Source: Candidatus Saccharimonadales bacterium
GTDB taxonomy: Bacteria > Patescibacteriota > Saccharimonadia > Saccharimonadales > 2-12-FULL-41-12
DNA length: 64,000 nucleotides
Assembly: GCA_041600715.1 (NCBI GenBank)
Contig: JBFIJM010000001.1
Location: 384,387 to 448,386 of the forward strand
Direction of reading: 5' to 3'
Shown: piece after piece, positions 48,635-57,887 of the stretch
Layout: every line of letters begins with the position of its first letter
Position numbering within the stretch: the stretch's first letter is position 1
The notes under the pieces: generated by a model
The model's input: only the letters and a program-made list of their open reading frames with translations
What the model was told of the DNA's origin: nothing
Database searches by the model: none
Made by a program: the position numbers and the translations under genes

Positions 48635-50303
48635 ACTTAATTTTGGTGTGTTTCTTTGGTACAGAATAGTTCCAAAATGGACTAGTGTCTACTCTGGCTT
48701 CGCTGATACCAGGACGGGATTTTAAGACTTGTTCTGCTTCACCACGCTTTTTACCAGCAATTTCTTCACTAATTTTCTGTTCATCTATCTCTGGCCCTGC
48801 CACAACTTTTGTCTGGACAGTCACATCTGTTTCTGTGCCTCTTTTTGCCCCAATAACATAAACGGCATTACCCAGTCCGTTATCCAGTATTGCCTGCTTA
48901 GATGTGTCTATAGAGTCTTCTTTATCAGCTTGTAACTGAACAGTTTTTTCTAGATCTGATTTATCAAGACCGAGCATACGGTAAGTTGTTTCTGCTGTTA
49001 CAGTAACTTCACTTGCTTCACCGTCAACTGCTGGTGAAGGCGAAAAAGCCGGCACCTCTGCTACAAAAGTCTCTGCTAGCGGTATAAAACCGTCTCTTTC
49101 AAGACTGGCGATCATTTCGTTTTTGGCAGTTTGCTGGCGATCAATTATTCGTTGCTTGGCAGTATCGACATCTTGCTGAGATACAACCTTACTAATCTTA
49201 CTGCTACCTCCAGTCATGGCGTCACCTTCAGCGGTAACTTGAGAAAATCCAGCTACGCTATAACTCCTAGCTGGAGCGTTATATTGATCACCATTATTCT
49301 GAGCTACAACAGAGACCGTACCGGTGTGGTCACCATTGCTTCGACATTGACCTCCGCTTCCTGGACTTGAAAATTCACCATCATCCAGCCGAAGTGAAGA
49401 TTGAGTTATGTACGTAGAGTTTCCGCTACTAATTCCTGTGCCTGCAGGTATCGTAACTTTATCATCGCTACAATTCCGGAAGGTTACAGTTCCTCCTGCC
49501 TTAGTTCCATTATCTTTCTGTCCGGTAGCAGGAACTTTTTCTGTTTCACTTTTTTTATTTTCGAGTTGTTTTGCTGGCACAATCAGGTCTTCTTCGTCTA
49601 GATTTGAGGCGGAAGTATCAGCAACAACACTGAAGGAGAGTTGAGCGTCACTTGTCTCACCTCGCAAAGTTATGGTTGCTTTTGGAGCAATTGCAATCGC
49701 CCAGTACCCAAAAGCGATCAATAATAAGAGTAGCAAGCCACCAGCAATCATTAGTGTACGGAACTTTTTGAAGTCGGGAACTTTCATTTTATTGCCATTT
49801 TTCTTCTTTTTGGCTTGTTTTGCAGCAGCGGAGATACTTCCTGCTGTTTCCGTCTTTGGTGTATTGTCTATCTCGATTGCTTCATTGCTCTCAGCCTTTG
49901 ATCCAGAATCAAAAACTCCCGGCAATACTGCTCCTAAAGGGGAGTTCCTGTCTATCTCCGGCTCGTTATCTTCGGTATTAAGTTCTTTCTTTGTAGCAGG
50001 TAGTTCGGGCGCTTTCGGTATATACGGTTTACTCATAAGGTTTGGTGCAACATGTAACCCAACAGCACCTGCAAGAGGCATAAGCCCAGGCTCAGAGGTA
50101 ATCAAAACGACTTTTTTATTATCTTGGTTGGCTGCGCGCTTAAGAAGTTTCATGTTTACAATGGACTGGAACATAGTTGCGCGCTTGGGAAGGACCAGAG
50201 CAACAATCGAGTCATTTGATGAGCGAACCTTATCAATAATGCCGGTAATTTCCTCGTCGACATCTACGTATACTGTTTTTTTGTTTGGTTTTTCTGGCTT
50301 CAT
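48594..50303 (-). CDS. bitopic hypothetical protein (cytoplasmic N-domain, TM, large exported domain)
   Basis: 569 aa; TM LMIAGGLLLLLLIAFGYWAIAIA; 4-nt overlap with ftsA; no family recognised. Confidence 0.6.
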   Translation of the reverse strand: MKPEKPNKKTVYVDVDEEITGIIDKVRSSNDSIVALVLPKRATMFQSIVNMKLLKRAANQDNKKVVLITSEPGLMPLAGAVGLHVAPNLMSKPYIPKAPELPATKKELNTEDNEPEIDRNSPLGAVLPGVFDSGSKAESNEAIEIDNTPKTETAGSISAAAKQAKKKKNGNKMKVPDFKKFRTLMIAGGLLLLLLIAFGYWAIAIAPKATITLRGETSDAQLSFSVVADTSASNLDEEDLIVPAKQLENKKSETEKVPATGQKDNGTKAGGTVTFRNCSDDKVTIPAGTGISSGNSTYITQSSLRLDDGEFSSPGSGGQCRSNGDHTGTVSVVAQNNGDQYNAPARSYSVAGFSQVTAEGDAMTGGSSKISKVVSQQDVDTAKQRIIDRQQTAKNEMIASLERDGFIPLAETFVAEVPAFSPSPAVDGEASEVTVTAETTYRMLGLDKSDLEKTVQLQADKEDSIDTSKQAILDNGLGNAVYVIGAKRGTETDVTVQTKVVAGPEIDEQKISEEIAGKKRGEAEQVLKSRPGISEARVDTSPFWNYSVPKKHTKIKYVIEEADGSVITR

Positions 50304-51595
50304 ACTCTTAATAGTTTATCAAACCTACTTTTTAAACTTGCATTTTCGGGTATTTCACTCTGGTCAAGAGTATCAAGACCAACTCTGAGTAGTCCCATGG
50401 CTGTTACAAATGTATGGTCTGTTACTTTTCCGCTAGAGTCCTTAATACCCACCACTTTATCAGGAGTAATAAAATCTATTGTTGGTTTTCGGGTAAAAGG
50501 TACGTCACGATACCAGTTTGTCTCTGTTAAGGCGTGTTGAATATTCTCAAGACTTGCACCACCGCCACATAAAAGAATTCGGTGTGGAACATTATCTAAC
50601 TCTGTGAATTCACTTAGTGCTAGCTCCACTCCTGAAACCCACACATCACAAGTTTTATCTAGCGCAGTATGCACTTCGTCATTTTTCTTTGGTGGCAGAG
50701 TGCCATTAGAAGCGTTGAGCTTATATTTTTCGGCAAGGTCGAAATCCACCGATAGATCTCTTTCAATAGCACGCGTAAATGCACGTCCGCCAATACCAAA
50801 CATCTTAGTACCTTGTACTCCACCATCATTTATCACGGCAATATCAGTAGTCCCGCCTCCCACATCCATAAGTACTGCACTCATGGTTGCATTAGGATTA
50901 TCGCCGATAACAGAACGAGCAACAGCAAATGGCTCCGCGGCAACTGCTAGTAAGTCTAGGTCAAGCTCTGTTGCAACGCGTTCTAGTGCAGATATATGGA
51001 TCATTGGAGCAAAAGCAGTATAGAGCTGGACAACAACGTCTCGCCCTTTAAAGCCAATAGGATTAGTTACCACATAGCCATCAATAGTAATACTGACTAG
51101 AGCACTGTTTACTAATCTAACATCAAGATGTTTCCCCCCCAGCTCGAGAATAAGATTTTTTTTCGCTTCCGTACTAGCCCGCTCCTGTACTAACTGTATG
51201 ATCTGCTCCATCTCAGCAACATCAATTTCTATGTCTGGCTCCTTGCGAGTACACCTAATGGTAGAGGTGGTCCCTTTAACAAGTTCTCCAGCAATACCTA
51301 AAATTGCTGTTCTTACACTTACTCCAGCTTGTTCTTCTGCTGTTGCAAGTGCTTGATTACAGTTCTGGACTACAGCACCAATATCAGCTATTGCCCCCGC
51401 TTGCATATCAGAGAGTTGTTGATGTGCACGACCGACACCAACTATTTCAAGCTTTGTTCCATCTATTCTAGCAATCAAAGCTTTTACAAACTCAGTACCC
51501 ACATCAAGCCCGACAATATATTGTTCGTTATTACTGCGAACAGACTGTGCACGCTTGGTTGCAAGCTCTTTGGCCTGTTTAATTTTATTAAGCAT
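50300..51595 (-). CDS. ftsA: actin-like ATPase, cell-division protein FtsA (PilM not excluded)
   Basis: VGLDVGTEFVKA phosphate-1, DVGGGTTD phosphate-2, LCGGGASL adenosine motif, amphipathic C-terminus. Confidence 0.65.
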   Translation of the reverse strand: MLNKIKQAKELATKRAQSVRSNNEQYIVGLDVGTEFVKALIARIDGTKLEIVGVGRAHQQLSDMQAGAIADIGAVVQNCNQALATAEEQAGVSVRTAILGIAGELVKGTTSTIRCTRKEPDIEIDVAEMEQIIQLVQERASTEAKKNLILELGGKHLDVRLVNSALVSITIDGYVVTNPIGFKGRDVVVQLYTAFAPMIHISALERVATELDLDLLAVAAEPFAVARSVIGDNPNATMSAVLMDVGGGTTDIAVINDGGVQGTKMFGIGGRAFTRAIERDLSVDFDLAEKYKLNASNGTLPPKKNDEVHTALDKTCDVWVSGVELALSEFTELDNVPHRILLCGGGASLENIQHALTETNWYRDVPFTRKPTIDFITPDKVVGIKDSSGKVTDHTFVTAMGLLRVGLDTLDQSEIPENASLKSRFDKLLRV

Positions 51596-51738
51596 ATGCT
51601 CATTATTATAGCACGACCAACTGATGTGAGTACTCTTGTTTGTAGCTATTTGTATAGAGTATAGGCACGTCTATACAACAGGGTCAGATCACAAATCATA
51701 AAGTTATAACTTCCTTCAAACAAGGGGGTGACTGCCAT

Positions 51739-53634
51739 CTACCCTAATATAGCTTTGATTCGACGAACCCCGGCGCTTGAAGCCTCTTCTTTTACGATCT
51801 TGAAGCGCTTTCCATTTTCCGCCAATACACCCGTACGCTCTACGTGTGGACCTCCACAAATCTCTATGCTAAACGCAGGCTGGTTTTCTGCACTCATTAC
51901 ATAAACCTTTACGTTATCACCGTACTTATCGCCAAACGCACCTTTAGCGCCTAGTTCAAAAGCTTTCTCCGTAGGATATTCTTTCCAGTTTACAGATAAG
52001 TCTGCATCGATTTGCTCATTCACAATATTTTCTACTTCGTCTAATTGCTCACGAGTCACCTTACTGTCATGACTAAAGTCGAAACGAGTTCGCTCTGCTG
52101 TGACGTTACTACCGCGCTGAATAACATGCTGACCTAGTACTCTGCGTAACGCCTCATACATTAAATGAGTAGCTGTATGTAGTTTAGTAGTTTCTTCTGA
52201 ATGATCAGCTAAACCACCCTTAAACACGCCTTTACTGGCTGTTTGAGACCGCTCCCGTTGCTGTTGTAGCTTATCTTCATATTGCTGGCGCCAATTAGGG
52301 TCTAGGTTGGCATTTTCAAGTGTTGTTCCAATAACTTCGAGGGATAGTTCAAGAGGGAACCCAAATGTATCAGACAGAATGAACATATCTTCTCCACTGA
52401 AAGATCCGTTATTGCGGTTATATATATTGTTTAGCTCTCTTAACCCCTTACGAAGAGTATGTCTGAAAGCCTTTTCTTCTTTACAAAGAACTTCTATCAC
52501 TTTCTGTTTGTGCTCTGCAACCTCTGGAAAATCGCTTTCATACATCTCTGCGATAATAGGTATAACTTCTTCCAAAAAGTTTTGCTCTATCCCTATTTCA
52601 AATGCTTGTCTTATTGCTCTACGCAGTAGTCTACGCATCACATAACCTTGCTCTTTATTACTCGGTACCACACCGTCAACAGCTAAGAAAGTCGCTCCTC
52701 GAAGGTGATCGGCAATCACTCTCATACTTTCGGTATGGCTGTCGTATTTTTTGACACTAAGCTCCTCTAACTTCTGAATAATTGGCAATAAAACACTAAT
52801 CTTAAATGCATCAGGGTCATTAAGCGAAGCCATGGCAATTCTCTCTAATCCACCACCAAAATCAATATTTTTAGATGGTAGTTGATCGAAGCCATTCTCT
52901 GTACGCACATACTCCATAAGCACGTTGTTGCCAATCTCTACAAACCTGCCACAGTCACAATTAGGGTGACAGTGTGTGCCGTACTCAGGGTTATGCGTTA
53001 CAAAATCGAATTCGTAAAATATTTCCGTAGATGGCCCCCCAGGCTCACCTATAGGCATATCTTTTATTTTTCCGTTTCGACACCACCAGTTTTTGGATGC
53101 ATCGTAATAAAAAATTCTTCCGTCTTGCATGCCCTTTTCTGAGCCATCTGCTTCTGAGCCAAGCTCGATCTCCTTAGCTTCAATACCCTCATTAGCAAAT
53201 AATATCTGCCAAATATTCCCGCTATCGGTATCCTTCGGTATGCCGTAAGTTTTATCACCAATAAAAACCGAAACGTATAATTTACTCGGGTCAAGCCCGA
53301 CTTTTTTGGTCAAAAACTCGAAAATCCAAGGTAGCTGTTCTGACTTAAAGTAGTCTCCCAGACTCCAGTTGCCTAACATTTCAAAAAAGGTAGTGTGTCG
53401 ATTGTCGCCTACTTCTTCTATATCCTGAGACCTTAGGCAAGTCTGGCTATCAACAAGACGCTTGCCCAATGGATGTTCTTCCCCTAGCAAATATGGGACA
53501 AGTGGTTGCATGCCCGAGCCAGTAAATAAAGTACTAGGATCATTTTGTGGTACCAAAAGCGCACGTGGGATATGGGCGTGTCCCCGTTCTTTGTAATAAT
53601 CAATATAAGCTTTTCTTATTTCCTGTGCGTTCAT
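51739..53634 (-). CDS. alaS: alanine--tRNA ligase (short form, no C-Ala domain)
   Basis: Catalytic core plus editing domain (HTATHLM...CGGPHV), but only 631 aa. Confidence 0.9.
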   Translation of the reverse strand: MNAQEIRKAYIDYYKERGHAHIPRALLVPQNDPSTLFTGSGMQPLVPYLLGEEHPLGKRLVDSQTCLRSQDIEEVGDNRHTTFFEMLGNWSLGDYFKSEQLPWIFEFLTKKVGLDPSKLYVSVFIGDKTYGIPKDTDSGNIWQILFANEGIEAKEIELGSEADGSEKGMQDGRIFYYDASKNWWCRNGKIKDMPIGEPGGPSTEIFYEFDFVTHNPEYGTHCHPNCDCGRFVEIGNNVLMEYVRTENGFDQLPSKNIDFGGGLERIAMASLNDPDAFKISVLLPIIQKLEELSVKKYDSHTESMRVIADHLRGATFLAVDGVVPSNKEQGYVMRRLLRRAIRQAFEIGIEQNFLEEVIPIIAEMYESDFPEVAEHKQKVIEVLCKEEKAFRHTLRKGLRELNNIYNRNNGSFSGEDMFILSDTFGFPLELSLEVIGTTLENANLDPNWRQQYEDKLQQQRERSQTASKGVFKGGLADHSEETTKLHTATHLMYEALRRVLGQHVIQRGSNVTAERTRFDFSHDSKVTREQLDEVENIVNEQIDADLSVNWKEYPTEKAFELGAKGAFGDKYGDNVKVYVMSAENQPAFSIEICGGPHVERTGVLAENGKRFKIVKEEASSAGVRRIKAILG

Positions 53635-53655
53635 ACTAGATCATTTTAACAGATT

Positions 53656-53686
53656 AACTTCTCTATTGAGCATCAATAGAGAAGTT
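53656..53686. promoter_or_regulatory. 13-bp perfect inverted repeat in the mnmA-alaS spacer
   Basis: AACTTCTCTATTG-AGCAT-CAATAGAGAAGTT, 22-52 nt upstream of the alaS ATG. Confidence 0.5.
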
Positions 53687-53727
53687 TGCTATTTTTTTCA
53701 CTCCACAATGCAGTCGTTATTGTACGT

Positions 53728-54768
53728 CTACTGAGTAGTCGAGATGATACCACTGCCAACAACACGGTCTTGGTCATAAATTACTGCCGACTGCCCAACT
53801 GACACAGCTCTTTGCTCCTGATCTAGATAAAGCGTACTGCTTTTAATTTTTGATTTTATTAGCGCACCCCTATAGCGTAGCTGAACGTCATAACTTTTTT
53901 CGTCACTAGGCGGATCATTAATCCAGTGAATCGATTCCAGCCCAACTGTCTTTGACCATAACGAAGAATCGTTGATGTCATTAGTAACAAATACTTTATT
54001 TTCATCCATGTCTTTACCTGTGACGTAGTAAGGTAGACCGCCCCCCACATTAAGACCGTGTCTTTGACCAATGGTATAAAAAATAGATCCGTCATGCTCG
54101 CCAATTTGACGGCCATTCTGGTCGATGATCGGTCCGGATTTTGTTTGAACATATTGTTTTAAGAAGTCTTTGATTCCTACCTTCCCTACAAAACATATTC
54201 CTTGGCTGTCTTTCTTGTGAGCTGTATCTAGTCCGAACCGCTCAGCCATGGCACGAACTTCGTCCTTTGTTGCAAATTCACCAATAGGAAAAATTGTTTT
54301 CTCAAGCGCCTCGCTCGTGACTCTGCATAAGAAGTAGGTTTGATCTTTGGCAGAGTTAACTGCTTTTAATAATTGACCGGTGCTAGTTCTTGCGTAGTGG
54401 CCTGTTGCTACTTTTTCGGCACCTTTTTCTAGCGAGGTTTCAAGGAAAAGCTTAAACTTTACCTCTTGGTTACACATAATATCAGGATTAGGTGTTCGCC
54501 CTCTTTTGTATTCATCGATCATATAGTCCACAACTTTTTGCTTATACTCTGCTTCGAAGTCAAACACCTCAAACGGTATATTTAGTCGCACAGCAAGTCG
54601 TTTAGCATCTTGGAAATCTTCTTTCCATGGGCATGCAAAACCGGGAAGATCCTGTGTCCAGTTCTTCATATACACGCCCACGACATTGTAGCCTTGTTCT
54701 TTTAGTAAGACCGCGGATAGCGAACTATCAACTCCCCCACTTAAACCAACATATACAGTTTGACTCAT
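53728..54768 (-). CDS. mnmA: tRNA 2-thiouridine(34) synthase
   Basis: VGLSGGVDSS PP-loop, catalytic Cys positions, 346 aa. Confidence 0.9.
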   Translation of the reverse strand: MSQTVYVGLSGGVDSSLSAVLLKEQGYNVVGVYMKNWTQDLPGFACPWKEDFQDAKRLAVRLNIPFEVFDFEAEYKQKVVDYMIDEYKRGRTPNPDIMCNQEVKFKLFLETSLEKGAEKVATGHYARTSTGQLLKAVNSAKDQTYFLCRVTSEALEKTIFPIGEFATKDEVRAMAERFGLDTAHKKDSQGICFVGKVGIKDFLKQYVQTKSGPIIDQNGRQIGEHDGSIFYTIGQRHGLNVGGGLPYYVTGKDMDENKVFVTNDINDSSLWSKTVGLESIHWINDPPSDEKSYDVQLRYRGALIKSKIKSSTLYLDQEQRAVSVGQSAVIYDQDRVVGSGIISTTQ

Positions 54769-54794
54769 CGATAGCGTATTATAACAAAATATTC

Positions 54795-55694
54795 TTATCT
54801 GATATCTTCGCGTTGCTCGAGGCGCTTACGAAGAGTGAAGAGTTCGTACTTTCGCCCAAGATAAAATGTACTAAGTATCAATGGGATGCTGATGGCTGCT
54901 GGTTGCCACAAAATCTTAACCGTCTCGCGAGTTTGCCCAGCTTGATCCCCAGATTGCCCCTCACCCACATTCTGGGTTAATGGACCGTTAGCCACTCCGA
55001 CCAACTGTAGGAATGCTACGTTTCCATCTCTGTCACTAGCTCTCACAATCACATTGTACACACCAGGGCTGTCGTAAATATGCTCGATATTAAAGGTTCC
55101 TGGAAACTGCTGGCTAATAATATCAGCTGTCTTGCCGTCACCCCAGTCTACAGTGATAGCATACGGACCATTACCGCCGGTTAGAGTAATGGGCCAGACA
55201 AGTTTTTGGCCTGGATTAGTACCTTTTTTAGCAAAACTGCTTGTTAATGATATTCGATTGCCTTGATTAAAACCTGTTACTGGAAAAGTAACTACAACCA
55301 CATTTGAGTCAGGCCCAGCTTGATCTAAATCATCGTATACACGAGCAACAAGTTCATTTCTACCACTAAAAAGATCTATCTGAATTGAAAAACTACCGTT
55401 TACGCACTGTTGGGCGCCTGCAAATACGTTGTTTTTAAATATTTTCACAAGCAATCCAGTTGGACAAATACCAGTGACTGTAACTGGCATAGTGCTAATA
55501 ACTGCACCATCGTTAGGGAAAGATATTACTGCAGGCGTGGTGGGTGGGGGCGAACTAATTCGTCCTTCTAAGCCAACAGATCCGCTTTCTTCTGTCTGAG
55601 CATTTATACGGAGTGGAGATGCAAACGCTATAAATATTAGGCTGATTGCAATCCCGAGAAAAAGTGCCGTGATGGATTTTGTATGAACGCTCAT
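54795..55694 (-). CDS. exported PKD-domain protein with C-terminal TM anchor
   Basis: Signal peptide (..INA/QT), ITVDWGDGKTADI...HIYDSPGVYNVIVRASDRDGN PKD repeat, C-terminal TM plus RKYELFTLRKR tail. Confidence 0.75.
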   Translation of the reverse strand: MSVHTKSITALFLGIAISLIFIAFASPLRINAQTEESGSVGLEGRISSPPPTTPAVISFPNDGAVISTMPVTVTGICPTGLLVKIFKNNVFAGAQQCVNGSFSIQIDLFSGRNELVARVYDDLDQAGPDSNVVVVTFPVTGFNQGNRISLTSSFAKKGTNPGQKLVWPITLTGGNGPYAITVDWGDGKTADIISQQFPGTFNIEHIYDSPGVYNVIVRASDRDGNVAFLQLVGVANGPLTQNVGEGQSGDQAGQTRETVKILWQPAAISIPLILSTFYLGRKYELFTLRKRLEQREDIR

Positions 55695-55749
55695 AATTAT
55701 GTATTCATACTACCATAAGCGGTGTTTATGTTTTCTCTGTTATTTTGTG

Positions 55750-56733
55750 TTATCGACGCTTAGTAGTCTTGGCGAATTTTTTCTTGTACAGAACATAACT
55801 GCCTGTGATGAGTGCACCCAGTAATACTACGAATATAATTACGAACCAAATTGGAAGATACCAGAAGCTTGACTTGTAGGTCACTACTTCTCCACCGTTA
55901 CCATAGGCAACAGATGCACTAAGTGTATATTTACCGGGGATTTTAATATTACTTATATCATCTGTAAATGTTCTAGATGAATTAGGCAATATTATACCTT
56001 TTGGCTCGGTATTATTAAGCTCATACTTTGCGACTTCTTTTCCTGTCATATTCTTTAGTTCAACCTGTCCAAAAGGTCGGGAGAATCCGTTACCAAGATT
56101 CTTGACGGTTGCCGATGACTGGCCAGGAGCTTTGAAGAAGAATTTACCACCCTTGCCATCACGAGTGGCTTCAAGGCGCTGTATTTGAATTTGTTCGTTG
56201 ACATCACCTGGTATTTCTACAAACACAAGATGCGCAACGCTAGCTGTTAGCGCAACTTGTCGTTGGGCTTCAGTTAATTCTTGGCCTTTGGGTAGGGAAG
56301 CGTACCGTACAGCCCCGAAATAAGCGCCAGGAGCCGTATCTACTGGCACATCAACAGTTAATTTAATTTCTTTTGTTTCATTTGCCTTAAGATCTACATC
56401 GGCCAAATCTCTAAGCATTTTATTAAGAGTGTATGGACTGCGTTCGCGTTTCTCATCAACAACTATTTGCGGGGTTCCGCTTTGTCCATCAGATTCGAAG
56501 TCATTTAGAAACACTTTAGCAGTGACATCAGCCTGGGTAATGTTCTTTAAAATGATAGAAAAGGTTTTCTGCTCACCTGGCTGTGCGTTTAGCTCTGTTC
56601 TTGTAGGAGAAAGTTGCAAACCACTGCCTCCAGTTTGTTGTGTTGCATTCTGTGCGCTTACAAATGGTATTAAGGTTGCACTCATGATGAAAGCAAAAGC
56701 TACAAGCATAAGTGCAGGTTTACGAATTAACAC
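55750..56733 (-). CDS. DUF916/DUF3324-like cell-surface protein (two Ig-like halves, C-terminal TM, basic tail)
   Basis: Signal peptide (VSA/QN), LQLSPTRTELNAQPGEQKTFSIILKN..., C-terminal PIWFVIIFVVLLGALITGSYVLY-KKKFAKTTKRR; topology of CscA-type proteins. Confidence 0.65.
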   Translation of the reverse strand: MLIRKPALMLVAFAFIMSATLIPFVSAQNATQQTGGSGLQLSPTRTELNAQPGEQKTFSIILKNITQADVTAKVFLNDFESDGQSGTPQIVVDEKRERSPYTLNKMLRDLADVDLKANETKEIKLTVDVPVDTAPGAYFGAVRYASLPKGQELTEAQRQVALTASVAHLVFVEIPGDVNEQIQIQRLEATRDGKGGKFFFKAPGQSSATVKNLGNGFSRPFGQVELKNMTGKEVAKYELNNTEPKGIILPNSSRTFTDDISNIKIPGKYTLSASVAYGNGGEVVTYKSSFWYLPIWFVIIFVVLLGALITGSYVLYKKKFAKTTKRR

Positions 56734-56806
56734 GTATAGTACCTCCGACGTTATTTTACCTAAAAGTATACGTGCCTTACTGATAGCATGTCAATTGCGT
56801 TTAAGT

Positions 56807-57847
56807 TTAAAAAGCTACTGAAGCAACATATGTAAGTGTTGTGGTGTAGATACCCGGGGGTTGAGTCTGATTGACATTGACTATGTAGCTAACCGTAAAA
56901 GCTGTGTAGTTAGACGGCAATGGCGAACTAGCCATTGCTCCGTTTTTAAAGAAAAAATGATTTGGATTAGCATAATTCGACGCAACTACTCCGGTACCTA
57001 TTCCTGCTGGGTTGGCTCCTATTGGAGGTACTGAATTAGCACGTAAATTCATGCCAAACTGGCTTACTCCAGCCTGACTAGGTAATGGCACAGCCAACGC
57101 CGGAATAACATTATTGCCAGATGTCATGGTTGTACCAATAACGCTTGTTACATAACCAGTAGGGTCATTGGTCGCAACAGAGAACTGAGAAGATAGATAT
57201 CTAGGCTCTTTGGTAGATAATTCACCAAAATTTAGTCGTGTGCCAGTAGCATTACTGCAATCAATCGCTACAACAACCCCTACGCAAAAGCTAAGATAGG
57301 GCGGTACAAATCCACTTACATTTAGTGGACTTGCGGTGGAGTATGCAACAGCACCATCATCAACAGTTGCACCAGTTCCATCACTACTAGAATATGATGC
57401 GATTCTGACATATGCAGTACTGTTAGGAGTGGATTGATTAATAATATTCGAAAAATTATATGTTGCAGGGATAGCTGACGTAAGACCAGGCAGTCTTGTT
57501 AGTACAATTCTATTTGCAGTCGAGGAGCCGTCTTTACTAAAACCAACTTCCCCTGTCTGACTATCAAGTACTACACCAGAGGCGTCAAGTCCTACTGGAG
57601 CCACACACGGTGCGCCAATTTGTGGGCTGTTAGAGCAGTATTCAAAGGATAATGAACCGATTGATGTAGTACTAGGAAAGGTAAAGCTAAAGAGATGATT
57701 GGTCGTGGCTCCAGGTGAGGATGAGCGAATACGAACTGAACGACCTGTCAGAGACGAGGCTGACACAATATTAAACCAAAGCAGTGGCGTCGCTGTTATC
57801 AGCGACGCCACTAGTACGAGGGTTGACCTTAGCCATACTTTCCGCAT
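56807..57847 (-). CDS. secreted T/S/G/A-rich two-domain protein, paralogue family member (346 aa)
   Basis: Signal peptide (VSA/SS); shares blocks with the 472- and 259-aa neighbours; ends ...PPGIYTTTLTYVASVAF. Confidence 0.7.
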   Translation of the reverse strand: MRKVWLRSTLVLVASLITATPLLWFNIVSASSLTGRSVRIRSSSPGATTNHLFSFTFPSTTSIGSLSFEYCSNSPQIGAPCVAPVGLDASGVVLDSQTGEVGFSKDGSSTANRIVLTRLPGLTSAIPATYNFSNIINQSTPNSTAYVRIASYSSSDGTGATVDDGAVAYSTASPLNVSGFVPPYLSFCVGVVVAIDCSNATGTRLNFGELSTKEPRYLSSQFSVATNDPTGYVTSVIGTTMTSGNNVIPALAVPLPSQAGVSQFGMNLRANSVPPIGANPAGIGTGVVASNYANPNHFFFKNGAMASSPLPSNYTAFTVSYIVNVNQTQPPGIYTTTLTYVASVAF

Positions 57848-57887
57848 ATGGTTATTTTAAACTATCTATGTAGCAATTTTCTAATTT

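Noticed and set aside
49672-50388. 238-aa plus-strand ORF, the longest antisense ORF in the track
   Set aside because: It is entirely antisense to the 569-aa gene and the ftsA end, has a low-complexity S/F/L-rich product, and has no promoter or Shine-Dalgarno. It is typical shadow-ORF codon-bias noise. The same reasoning applies to 20600..21046, 21815..22252, 10354..10728, 50604..51023, 36207..36548 and similar plus-strand ORFs.
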